Positions 36,008 through 48,000 of a DNA stretch of 64,000 nucleotides are shown here, piece after piece; positions within the stretch are counted from its first letter, which is position 1; each line of letters opens with the position of its first letter. Both the position numbers and the translations under genes were made by a program. The DNA is from Stegostoma tigrinum (taxonomy: Eukaryota). The stretch spans positions 3,038,001-3,102,000 of the forward strand of contig NC_081396.1 in NCBI RefSeq assembly GCF_030684315.1. The letters are read 5' to 3'. The notes under the pieces are model-generated. The model ran no database searches. It was not told the DNA's origin and saw nothing but the letters and a program-made list of their open reading frames with translations.

Positions 36008-36053
36008 AGGGTGAAAACATCAACAAACTGAGAAAAAATGTCGGCATAATCAT
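36008..36053 (-). pseudogene. IGHV: VH leader exon
   Basis: ATG..MIMPTFFLSLLMFSP + T|gtgagt; the phase-1 125-nt intron splices in frame to CVQS. Confidence 0.88.
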
Positions 36054-36489
36054 TCTGATAACTTGTGGAAAGTGTTTTGTCAAGGTCTTTGGAAGCAAAT
36101 CAGATTCAGGAGTGTTGAATTACGGTCCAGTGACCAGAATGTATATGCCCATCAGCGGGGGCAGGCTTACAGGTTCCGCCTGTTGGTTGCCTTCTGGAGG
36201 CGGTGAGTGAATTTTCTTAGCAACTCCCACAGATGGGCTTGTATATTTACACGAAGTTACTCTCAAATGTGGACATTTTTCCGTGTTGGGATTTTGTTTT
36301 GCTAGATATCTTGACTGAACGTATTCGCATGTTTTTATCGATGGAACTATAATTGAACAGCCTGAGGTATTGTTCAGATAATAGTTTTCAATATCTTATT
36401 TAAAATAACCAAAAAAAAACCAAATACAAATTAAACCCCTTTATTTCTTGACATGCATTGCCAAGCAGATAAAACTAAAAAAAGTTCAA

Positions 36490-36737
36490 AAATAAAGTTG
36501 CTGGAAAAGCTCAGTAGATCTGGCAGCAGCAGTGGAGGAGAAAACAGAGTTAACGTTTCGGGTCCAGTGACTCTTCCTCAGAAATAATGGTGGCTGGGAA
36601 GTTCTGAGGAAGGGTCAGCGGACCCGAAACTTTAACTCTGTTTTCTCCTCCACGCATGCTGCCAGGCCTGTTGAGCTTTTCCAGAAACTGCTTTTGTTCC
36701 TGATTTACAGCATCCACAGTTCTTTTGTTCTTTTTTT
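36490..36737. mobile_element. Fold-back pair of Penelope tails (family B hammerhead motifs on both strands)
   Basis: Imperfect inverted arms around ~36584-36600; likely TSD aaagttcaa (36481-36489, 36738-36746). Confidence 0.75.
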
Positions 36738-38152
36738 AAAGTTCAATGCTGTTATCAGCCAATCAAATTACTAGCTTTTTTAAAGAAACTCCAACTGGAT
36801 GTCACACAATAAAATCGTGTCTTATTCATAACAGGCTTTTCTAAATTCAGTTTGAACAACGTAATATGGAGCATGTCCAAAGTGAGTTTATTTAGAATAT
36901 AGATGCATGTGGCGAAACAGTTTTGAACTGTGTGATAAGAAGAACCTTCTTATATTGAATAATGTCTCTCCTAGCATATTTTTCAAATTGGTCTGACTGA
37001 ACATAATCATTTGAAAATGTACTGCAAAAGAAAAAAAAATGCATGCCTGATAAACAAACAATGAGTTAACAGTGAAATATAACACTCGGATAAACGTTTG
37101 AAATGGAAACTAATGAATCAGAGCAAGCCAATAGATAGGAAAAAAACACAATAACAAAGAAAAGCTCTCCTCAACATCCAGTTCTGAAGAAGGGTCCCGA
37201 CCCTGAAAGTCGAATTTTTTTTACTCCTCTAATGCTGCCTGGCCTGCTGTGTTCCTCCAGCTCCAAGCTGTTTTGGGTCTGACTCCAGCATCTGTAGTTC
37301 TTGCTATCTCCATAAAGAAGACATTACCCTGTTCATTGGTAGCTATTACAGGGTTTGTTAAATAATAGCTATCAGCAGAAATTGAACGGAACTTTACGCT
37401 AATGACAGTCATGTATAAAGGACTGACACAGTTTAAATGAAATGCATTGATCAGAGAATGGTGCCGGAAGCTGTATGAGTTTGATTTAATTAAACTTTGT
37501 ACATTTAACTTGAGATGATGACAAATGTAACTGCAATGCGAATTTGGACCCACTGACTTCGTATTCTGGAGCTTTAAAATAGTTAATAAACAAGTTAAAA
37601 TAACTAGAATGACCTTTGTTTGGAAATAATAGAAATTACTGGAGTATAGTAAATTTCCAGTTTTCAGTCAGTCACAAAGTGAACACTGCATTCAGCGAAT
37701 TATTTTAAAGAAAAAAAAGCTGTGACGTGTGTCCTTGGTGTGCAATTGGAAAAAAAATAGTAGTTTGTTTTGTGCAATTTTATTTTAATTAATTCTTACG
37801 CCCTTTAAGCTACCAGGCGCTAAATGTTGTCGCATTCAAACCGACTGCAGGCAAGATCCTGGAGTTCAGAGTGTCATTTACCCAGAAGCATGGGGAGTTT
37901 CAGCAGTAAATCAAAGATATTTTTCCTCACGGTTGACTGCTTGGCAGAAAGCTAATTTCAAACCAAAACCATCGCCTCAGCGTAGACAAATATACCCGCC
38001 AACAATGCTGGAGAAAGTTTTATTTTTTCAGCTCAGTAATTTTTGGAGCTGGTCCTTTCTCTCGTGAAAGAAAATATTTGCAGAGTCTCTGACACAATGC
38101 AAACACTAACATTTTACTGGAGGATCGCTGGAACAGGTTATAATTTTGAGAT

Positions 38153-38304
38153 NNNNNNNNNNNNNNNNNNNNNNNNNNNNNNNNNNNNNNNNNNNNNNNN
38201 NNNNNNNNNNNNNNNNNNNNNNNNNNNNNNNNNNNNNNNNNNNNNNNNNNNNNNNNNNNNNNNNNNNNNNNNNNNNNNNNNNNNNNNNNNNNNNNNNNNN
38301 NNNN
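38153..38304. other. Assembly gap
   Basis: Run of N. Confidence 1.
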
Positions 38305-38329
38305 AGAGAGATTCAGAAATTCAGATAGC

Positions 38330-39350
38330 CAGATAGCCATCGACTCAAAGTGTCAAAAAGCTCGGAAACAGACTCTTCAGTCCATCCAATCTGTCCGGAC
38401 CATAGTCCCAAACTAAACTAGGCCCACTTGCTTGCGCTTTTCGCATTGCTTTCAAAACATTTCTTATTCATGTAATTATCCAAATGTCTTTTCAAGGTTT
38501 TAACTCCAACACTTCCTCTGGAAGGTCAGTCCACCAACGAGCTGCTTTCTTTGTTTAAACAAAAACAGTTATGCCTCATTCTTTTGTAAATCATTCTGCT
38601 CTCACTTTGTGAATCTGCCACAAATGTTGAAATCCTCCATCCGAGGGAAAACATGCATGCTGTTAACTTTATCTATATCCTTCGTGATTTTATGAATATC
38701 CACAAAGTCACCCCTCAACTTCCGACCCTCGAGTGAAAAAAAAGTCCCAGTCTGTCCAGTCTCTCCTTATGACTCAAACCATCCGTTTGCAGCAATACCT
38801 GGGGATCATTTTAACGATCCTTTTCCAGCTTAAAAATCTCTTTCCTACAATAGGGCGACCAGAAATGGACACAGTACCCCAGAAGAGACCTCACTGTCGT
38901 CCCATATAACCTTAACATGATTTCTCAACTCCTGTACTCAAGCGACTAAGCAATGTAGGCAGGCAGGTAAATGCTTTTTTGACCATTCCATGATACAAAT
39001 TAAAAGTATTATGATCCTGAACTCTAAGTCTCTCAGTTCTATTAAACTCCATCTGACACTTTTGATCCAATTGATCAAGATCTCTCTGTAATCCTCGATG
39101 ACCTTCTTCATTGTCCATTCTGCCATCAATTTTAATGTCGACCATAAACATGTTAACCATGTCTCCTAATTTCTCAACGAATTCTTTCACACAAATGATA
39201 AACAAAATTGAACCCAGCACCGATCCCTGTGGAACATCAATGTTAACAAGGCACAAGTCGAAAAAGAGTGCTCCACCATCACTGTCTATCTCATGCCGTT
39301 TAGCCAATTGTGCGTCTAATTGGCCAAGTTCACTCTAAATCTCATGTGAT
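38330..39350 (-). mobile_element. CR1 LINE 3' fragment
   Basis: VPQGSVLGSILF, LQRDLDQL, QMEFN on the minus strand. Confidence 0.8.
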
Positions 39351-39519
39351 CTAGATAGACAGAAATAGAGTCAGCCAGACAGATACAACGGATGCACGAA
39401 CGGATAGATGGAATGATTGATTGATGACTGATTGGGTCTGAAACAGAAATGCTCTTCAAAATTCTGAATTCCGTTTGTCAGCCTCATTACTCGAGGTGGA
39501 TCCATCATTACATATATAT

Positions 39520-39613
39520 CAGTCTATCACATTCTGTCCATCCCCAGTCCATTTATAATTAAAATACAGTCTATCACATTCTGTCCATCCCCAGTCCATT
39601 TATAATTAAAATA
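39520..39613. repeat. Perfect 47-bp tandem duplication
   Basis: cagtctatcacattctgtccatccccagtccatttataattaaaata x2. Confidence 0.95.
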
Positions 39614-41023
39614 CCACATACATCAAGGAATGACAAGTTGGACATTGTAGCAGTAATTTGAAGATATTCCTATGATACTCATGATTGTTTTCAGATGATT
39701 GTACATCTCCACCTCAAAGATACAAAACGGGGTCTTCCTGGATTCATGAGAAATCATATCAACATTTCGAATATGTGGCCCTGTCATATAGAGCAGAACA
39801 TTCAACACAACATCTAAGTACTTCAATCACAGCAAGAGTAGTGCCGATCATTGGAGCGATGCCAATTAGACTTGCGCAGAAAGTTATTTTTCTTCTATGT
39901 TACATGGCATGACAGTAATCAAATTGCCCCTTTTTACACAGATTCCCTTCTGTTGTGAGATTTGTTGAGTATGGGGAGACTGGCGTGGTAATGGAGAATG
40001 CCTCCAAAAATGCATCAATTTGAGAATGTTGCGCTGATTTCTGGTTTGTTTTAATTGAAAACAGAGCATCCTTTATGAATGTTTCAAGGTGAAGAAAAAT
40101 AAATAATTAGCTTTGATGAGTATTTTCTGAAGCGTTTTTAGGTGACAGTTGCAAAACTGATGAATACCAATTTCCCCTCCATGCTTTAAAAGGTTGTCTC
40201 CCCTACCCCGAGACGATTAAACCAATTTGTGTGTAGTTTCAACTGGTCTTCAAAGAGCAACTTTTAGCAGCAACTGTTTCAGCATCAATGAACAAAAGGA
40301 AATATGAGCAAAGACACAATTCCTGTCCGTCATTATTTCACAGTCCACCGTATTTCAAAGCAATTGGCGCTTCTCCAAATTATCACCATTCCTATGTAAC
40401 AATGAGGAATTAGAATTTCCATAATCTTGCGTGATTTCAGTCCATTCAGTGTTCCGTAGCTGTCAACTCTCTAAAATCATTGGTTGCTTGTAACTGATTG
40501 GCATCTCCCACAAGATCAATGGTTGTTAACATTGTCATCACTTTAAATTGATTGGTGCATCGCAATCTATTTTTGATTTCCAATCAGTAGTCTGATAAAA
40601 AGCATTCTTTGGTTAAAGGGGATAAACCAGTTTTTCCATAATTCTTTCGAATTACTTTACAGTTCTAGGTGCATGTTTGATTTTGGTACCGGAATTCCTT
40701 GAATAATGGAGCGAATGTGAGCTGGCTTCAATGCCACGTTCACAGTTAGTGCCTCTACTAGCGGGAAGAATGCGCAAGGGTGGTTCCTAGGAGGCTCAGA
40801 GTCAATCTGAGTTATTAATGCATCCGCAGTTACAGTTCAGCCATTAAATACCTCTTGCCTTCTTGATGCGTGTCTGCAATCACAGCGATTATCTGGATTT
40901 CCAGTGGTAGCTCCGTTCCCATATATTCGCTGGCGGTGTTAAACTGAAGGTCTTTCTACCACCCCAGTTCTATATACAGGATCCCGTGGTACTGTTTCAT
41001 AGAACTGAAAGGGAATTATCCCT

Positions 41024-41116
41024 GACAATAAAATGTGAGGCTGGATGAACACAGCAGGCCCAGCAGCATCTCAGGAGCACAAAAGCTGACGTTTCGGGCC
41101 TAGACCCTTCATCAGA
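41024..41116 (-). mobile_element. Penelope tail with intact family A hammerhead core (41086-41116)
   Basis: Minus strand tCTGATGAAGGGTCTAGGCCCGAAACGTCag; flanks gaattatccct / gaatgatccct resemble a TSD. Confidence 0.75.
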
Positions 41117-41871
41117 ATGATCCCTTCCGCATTGTTCAATTTTGCTTTGCTTCAGCCACCATCACGAAAACAGATGACCCTGTCATGGCCACATGTCTGA
41201 TATTTTAGAGCTCCTTGTACGCACAGTGTCTACTTAAATGCCTACATTACCATCCCGAAAATACCTTGCAGATACGTCTCTTGCTCACAAACGCAAGGCG
41301 ACGCCAGGGAACGATGAATTCCTTTGTTTTTGGTCTTTGTGAGCACCGTGTTGTCAACCGCTGGCAGATGTCTTTAACTTTCTTAATTCATGTTGCTGAT
41401 CTTGGCTGAATAAAGGAATGCTGCTGGCAACAAGGCTGGGGAGTAGGCTAGCATTAATTTCCATATCAGCTTACTATGAAATTAAGTCTAGATTAGTTGG
41501 AATGACTCGAGGTACAAAGAGGAGACAGAAACAGGCCATTCAGCTCCTCGGGATGCACCAACCGCTTGAAATGACTGTCTAGTTCATCACAAGCTGCGAC
41601 AGCCTCTACTTTGTCTCGATAAGCCAGCGTTTTTACAGCATTGGAGATCATAGCTGTGTTGAAAAATGGATTATACTCTCCGCAATTTTTCCAACTGCGT
41701 TGGTTGCTCATTTTCTGTTGTCTGTTTTATTCATATTTTGACGTGAATACGAGGGAACAACGAATCATTTCCACAATTCCTGCCGAAGGATTAGTCAATG
41801 AGCTGTCGGTTAATGTTCACCAGAAAAAAAGACATCAATGACTATTGAAATGAATTACCACAACAAAAGGT

Positions 41872-42293
41872 AAGATAATAAAGTGTGAAGCTGGATGAAC
41901 ACAGCAGGCCAAGCAGCATCTCAGGAGCACAAAAGCTGACGGTTCGGGCCTAGACCCTTCATCAGAGAGGGGGATGGGGTGAGGGTTCTGGAATAAATGG
42001 GGAGAGAGGTGGAGGCGGGCCGAAGATGGAAAGAAAAGAAGATAGGTGGAGAGGAGAGTCAAGACAGTCTCTTGACTCTCCTCTCTACCTATCTTCTTTT
42101 CTCTCCATCTTCGGCCCGCCTCCACCTCTCTCCCCATTTATTCCAGAACCCTCACCCCATCCCCCTCTCTGATGAAGGGTCTAGGCCCGAAACGTCAGCT
42201 TTTGTGCTCCTGAGATGCTGCTTGGCCTGCTATGTTCATCCAGCTTCACACTTTATTATCTCGGATTCTCTAGCATCTGCAGTTCCCATTATC
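41872..42293. mobile_element. Fold-back Penelope-tail insertion: 192-bp inverted arms, 5-nt loop
   Basis: Arms 41873-42064 and 42070-42261; TSD accacaacaaaa (41857-41868, 42294-42305); hammerhead core at 42169-42196. Confidence 0.9.
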
Positions 42294-42320
42294 ACCACAA
42301 CAAAACGTGGTGTGATTGGA

Positions 42321-42323
<3 letters not shown>

Positions 42324-42358
<35 letters not shown>
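42324..42358. repeat. (CA)n microsatellite
   Basis: Direct reading. Confidence 0.95.
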
Positions 42359-42361
<3 letters not shown>

Positions 42362-42949
42362 CAAAGTCAGAAGTTAAGTATTTTAGGAGGACCATGCTAA
42401 GACTGGAAGAAAACAGCAATGAGGAGATTATAATTTGGCTGGAGCTTTTCATTTTGGAACAGAGGAATTTGGGGGGAATTTTTCTTGAGGAGCACACAGA
42501 TATTATGCCTGGGTAAAATTGATGGGGGAAAAAAACCTCTTTAGCGCAGTGGAAAGCTCGGTGAATAGAGTATTTAGATATATGTGATTTGCAGCGGAGT
42601 GACAGGGAAGATTCAGGAAGCTCACACCCGAAAAGGGTATTGGTGTCAGGAATGGTCAAATCATTTAAAACGCGTTGGGATAGATATTTCAAATATTATA
42701 ACCTGCAGGGTTAGGAACAATGTGCTGTAACGGTGGGCATAGGTTGGAAGGCTCTGTTTTAGGATGGCACAGACCCAATGGGCGAAGTTATTTTCTCTCT
42801 GTGGTGAAAACGTTCTACAACTCTCAATAAATGCTTTCTATCTTGATTAATTAGGAGGCGCTAAGTCACCTGGTTTTTGTTAGCAAGTCCCAAACTTTCG
42901 TTTCAATAATTTCACACTTCAATAAACCCACTCTATTGACGTGGAAATT

Positions 42950-43168
42950 AATGGTCGAATTCATTGCCACGGAGTGCAGCGGAGGCCGGGACGTTAGATG
43001 CCTTCAAGGCAGAGATCGATAAATTCTTGATCTCATAAGGAATCAAGGGCTACGGGGAGAGTGCAGGAAAGTGGAGTTGAAATGTCCATCAGCCATGATG
43101 TAAATGGCGGAGTGGACTTGATGGGCCGAATGGCCTTACTTCCACTCTTATGTCTTATGGTCTTATGA
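42950..43168 (+). mobile_element. Young CR1-type LINE 3' end
   Basis: ttcaaggcagagatcgataaattcttg...gggccgaatggcct, tail cttatgtcttatggtcttatg. Confidence 0.7.
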
Positions 43169-43639
43169 AATGCCCCCCAGACCGTTCCCAGGGTAATTTC
43201 CCTTTATTCAGCTCAGATCAGCAAAATTAGTCCACAAAGTTAAAGACATTCAACTTGCTCTGACACAAGTGAGCCAGGGTCATCTGTAACCAGATGGAAT
43301 TTAAGATTCAGAGCATTACACAAAAGATAGATTAGTCTTCACATCATTGGAAGTAATTTTGTTTAAAACAAGAATCTATCGTACATTGATTGCTCAGAAC
43401 AACGCGTAAAGAAACTTGTTTGATTCTTTTTGTGGATTAACGCTCAGGATTGCGACCTAATCCAAGCGGCGCGGTCCGAAGCCACTTCAAAATTTATTTG
43501 AACACTTCCTTCACAAAAGGCATCAGAACAAATTTTAGAGATCGTGGATCAACAGAGTTTTTTTGCTGGGCTCAAGAATGGTTTGTTGTGGTATTTTGCA
43601 GGTTTGTGCCTACTTTAACATTCATTTACATTTTTGACT

Positions 43640-44400
43640 AAGACATTGGCGAACAGCGCACCACTTCACAATTTCTTCACAAGAAACTAGCAGCCATTGT
43701 GAACCAGAGGAAGATGGTTTATAAGGTCAGAAGAAAGCCCCGAGTTTCGTGTAATAGGCCGACGACTGACACATGAAACTTAGCACAGAGATTTTGACGT
43801 TATTAATTCTGGTGGGAAGAATGTAGAGAGACAGTAGAGAAGAATGTGTAGAATTATAACATGTATTCTCACGCAAAAGCAAGGGAGATATTTGAAGACC
43901 CTGCAGAACACAGGTTAGACCTCACTTGGAGTTTTGGGTTCAGTTTTGGGCGGCATTTGAAGTCTGTGCGTGCCTTCGAGATTCAAGCGTGTGCAAGGCA
44001 AGAAGCTTTCATTACACGTGCATGTTGCAGAAGTTGGGGCAGCGTTCTTGGGTAGAGAAATGAATGAGAGACGATTAATGTATACTTTCAAAACAATGAG
44101 GGGTATGAACAGAGAAGCAAGCGGAAAATCGTCCACTTATTGCAGAAATCGGGAAACACAGGGCACCAAAATAAGGTAATTGGCAAAAAAAAGGCAACGG
44201 TGAATGAAGGAAAATTTAATAACCCAGTATGCGGCTAGGCTCTGGAATGAACGGATCGATAGTACCGTGCAGGCAGTGCAGACTAAATGTTTCAAGAAGG
44301 AATTCGATCATTACCTGAAAAACAATCAAAACGAATTGGCTCTTCAAAGGATCAAAACAGACAAGAAGGGCCGAATGACTCATAATGTGTTCCAAACACT
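43640..44400 (+). mobile_element. Old CR1 LINE 3' fragment
   Basis: Degenerate LVRPHLE-x-VQFW-like and ERRL..YTFKTMRG segments. Confidence 0.55.
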
Positions 44401-45032
44401 CAGTGATTCTATTCATCCAGCATCAATGCCACAAGACATAACTGACTTGGAGGATTTTCACTGCATTGACAGCAACAGTGCCTCCACTGTTATGTATTTG
44501 ATCATATTAAAGCAAGTCACTTCTTAGTTGTTTCAGTTGCATGCTGAGCCTCAGCTCATACGGCATTGAACCAATGTTCCCCTTATATCTGATTTGGCAT
44601 CCTTATGCAAGACTGTGCTGAATCGTGCCATGGCTGATATTACACAACGACATTCCAAGATGGAAATCGAAATCCACGCCTGCCTTTTGTAAGCAATAGT
44701 CATCATATTCTGTTACAAGAGGTTATATTTTAGTTGTTACTCTCATAGACAGTTTACGTTACGCTGTACCACTTATGTCATTATGATCCAAGGAGTTGGA
44801 ACGTCCACTAAAAGTATTCCACGTTTCGTTTTAGCGATTGACTCAGCTGCCGTGGTTTTCTGTGTATGATCATTGGTTAAACGGGTCTGGCTCTGGTATA
44901 ATTGAAACAGAAAGGCTGGTCAGCACGTTCATAACAACAAGAGAATTCAGTGTGATATAAAGGGAGATAAAGACGAATTCTGTATTCAAAGGGAATGGGT
45001 CTCGTGTAATATAAAAGAAGATGCTGACCACT

Positions 45033-48000
45033 TGTATACGTCAGGTCGAAGCTCTCAAAGTTAATGACGATATTCAACAGTTTCATGAGAAAATAGATTG
45101 TACAGAATTGAGAATAGCCTGGGAAAGTTTAAATTGATACTTAACAAGCTGCATGGCCTTGAACGAGTCCCAAGAACATTTCTTTAAAAGCCGAAGGTGA
45201 CACCTGCACTTGTTTTCGCATCTTGTATTGTCTGAACCAGCCAGCAGTTTAATCTTGCTGCATTTTCTTCTTTAGTGCTGGCTGATNNNNNNNNNNNNNN
45301 NNNNNNNNNNNNNNNNNNNNNNNNNNNNNNNNNNNNNNNNNNNNNNNNNNNNNNNNNNNNNNNNNNNNNNNNNNNNNNNNNNNNNNNNNNNNNNNNNNNN
45401 NNNNNNNNNNNNNNNNNNNNNNNNNNNNNNNNNNNNNNNNNCTGCTGCTGCTGCCGGTCTTCTCTTCGGCTCCCAAACCTGAACAGTGAAAGGGACGAAC
45501 CCAAGCCCTCAGAACAGACATTAATTGAGGAGTCCCCGAAAGGCAGAAGACTATGAGACTTGTTGCTTTTTCTAGAACGGAGTGATACTTGTTCCTTTTC
45601 TTCCTTCTTTTCTTTTCCATTTATTATTAAGTCTACAATTATTTATGACTGCTGTTATAACAATGTATTATTACTTAATGTACAATAAGCAAATTGTTGT
45701 TGGTGAGCCTTCTCTTAATGATCTTTGCCCGAATCTAGAAACAACAGTCTGGATACACATTGTGATCCAAGGCACTGTTGGCGACAGTATGGGATCGGGG
45801 AAAATATTTAAGAGATGGAAAGGCAATCTGATGCTCTGGAGATTTTCCATATTCCACAAGAGACTCTGGATTCGGGTCTTTAGCTAATTTGTTAGCACAA
45901 TTAGGCCTCCTGCAAGAATGGAGGACGGTCTTTACCGAAAAAAAAATAGAAAAGAGGGTAATTCATACAGGCCACCGTGAACTCGTGCTTGCAGGAGGCT
46001 GGCTTCCCAGAACACAAGAGCATGGTACCGAAAATGGGATGGATATTGTTAACAGCTTTGCGTTCGACATGTAGGGAATTGGAAGAGAGTCAAACCCCAT
46101 TAGTAGCACTAGCACAGCGTAAACTCACCCCAACAGAAGCAGTTAAGACAATGCAGGAGAGATCTGAGGAGGCACAGGAGAAACAGAACTAGATTGTAAC
46201 AAAGTGTAGATCTGGATGAAAACAACAGGCCAGGCAACATCTTAGGACCCCAAAAGCTGACGTTTCGAGCCTAGATCCTTCATCAGAAAAGGGTCAGTAT
46301 GCCGTGTGTTGACGGTACAACGGGAAAAGAAAGCAAAATGACGCAATTGGAAAGTAGCCCAGCCAAAGTTGGCGCGTTATTAACCTCACAATGGGACTCT
46401 GACCAATGGGATGGGGGCATTTGGTACTCATCTGATCCAGAGTATGAATGGACAAATAGAGAAAGTGATGTTCTACCTACGGAGCCATCCTCAGAGAAAG
46501 GACTCAATGTACGACCCCTATAAACAAATAAGACAAAACAAGTTGGAGGACTGAACCCACAAAATTCCAGAATAGTAAAAGATTACTCATATGTCCGAAA
46601 TGCAGGATTTGGGGTCACGCTTTAAGCAGAAGCCAGGTGATCCTTGGCCTTTTGTCTGACGTTTTCGTGGGACCAGGGCATATTATGCCGGGGTGGGGGG
46701 GGGGGGGAGGGGGGGCGGAATCTGGGAGCACTAAGTCCCCAAATGGGAATAATGTCTCTGGAAATATAGGGCAAACTGAATCATCGTGGAATGCACTGAC
46801 GCCAGCAGTTGGTAAAAGGTACCCTTTCCCAATAGACTGGGAAGGAGGTGTTGAAAAATGGGAGAGTATACCAGAAGATATAAAACATTTGAGGGATTTG
46901 GGCAGCTAAGCATGCATGTATTCTGTACAGTTTCAGGATCCAGACCAGGACGTTTTCACAGCTGGAATGAAGAGCTGGCTAATGCTAATTGGGCTGGATG
47001 AGAGGAGCCCTGTTGGCCCTATTTGGGGTAATCCCACGGACAGGCTGTGGGACTGGCATCCTTTTGTTAGGACAGTTAGAGTATATGGAGGCCGGTAAGC
47101 AAAGAGTGAGGTTGACCCGAGCAAGTGACGAACAAGGACAACAAATTGGAGATGGGGTGGGTTCGAAGGTGAAACAAAATGTTCAAACCCATTGTTCAGA
47201 AGCGTGTACAGAGAGATGAGTGCTTACACGGTTCTCTAATGGAAGCTATCTAATCATAGCAAAGGAAAGACTGGCATAGAAATATTTCTGATATAATGAT
47301 AAATTGTAACCATCGAAAAAATCATTTATTACACCAGAGAATGAACACTCTGCTCCTTTGGCAACAATTAGAGCAACAGTGGAATTACAAATCTGAAACA
47401 GACACCTTCTACAGGATCAAATGAGCGACAGGATAAAGGGGAATGTTCTGAAACAGGCTTGTGTTCCGCCTCTTTCCCCCTCTCCTCGTCCAGATTTTCC
47501 AAAAGCTGAGAAATTCACAACCAAACCTGTTGCAAATATGGAAGAGGCACGAACTTCATTATTGGAAGTGATTCAATCTGGCACTTTCAGGATTCCTGAA
47601 AGCATTGGGCCCAGTTATAACAGGGATAAATGGAGAACTGGAGGCCATGTTTCTGTGCTGTGCAAGTGTCCCGAACCTCCTAGAAGTGTTAACTCTTGGT
47701 GATCTAGTTTGGATGCACTTTTGTTTGTTGGTTGCTAAATGTTGTCCTGTATAAATTGTATCTTTCCTTCCCTGGAGCTCGAGGTGTGGGGATACTTTGA
47801 AGTTCAGTTAGGATTTTGGGAATGTCTGGTGATTTGAAAGTCTTTTGGGTGCTCCTATCTGTGTGGAGCAAATATGTTTAATGTAATGTTAACTTTTTAA
47901 GAAATCATCAGTGGTTATGTAAGGCCAAAATGTGCGAGATGTTGATTGAAAAATGTGGTTCAGAAAGCTTGGTAGACATTTACCTTTTGGAATTGGCTTC

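Larger units (their letters stand above)
16951..36053 (-). pseudogene. IGHM: Complete cartilaginous-fish IgM heavy-chain cluster with germline-joined VDJ; pseudogene
   Basis: Ordered exons L-VDJ-CH1-CH2-CH3-CH4/sec-TM1-TM2 with GT/AG boundaries and the expected intron phases. Multiple disabling lesions are present. Confidence 0.93.

Noticed and set aside
16951-36053. IgW, IgNAR or processed pseudogene interpretation
   Set aside because: Four mu-type C exons, a mu tailpiece, a conventional VH with WVRQ/LEW, and all introns retained.
36093-36100. Octamer-like ATTTGCTT upstream of VH ATG
   Set aside because: Only 7/8 match and probably within the 5' UTR; shark VH promoters are reported to lack the octamer.
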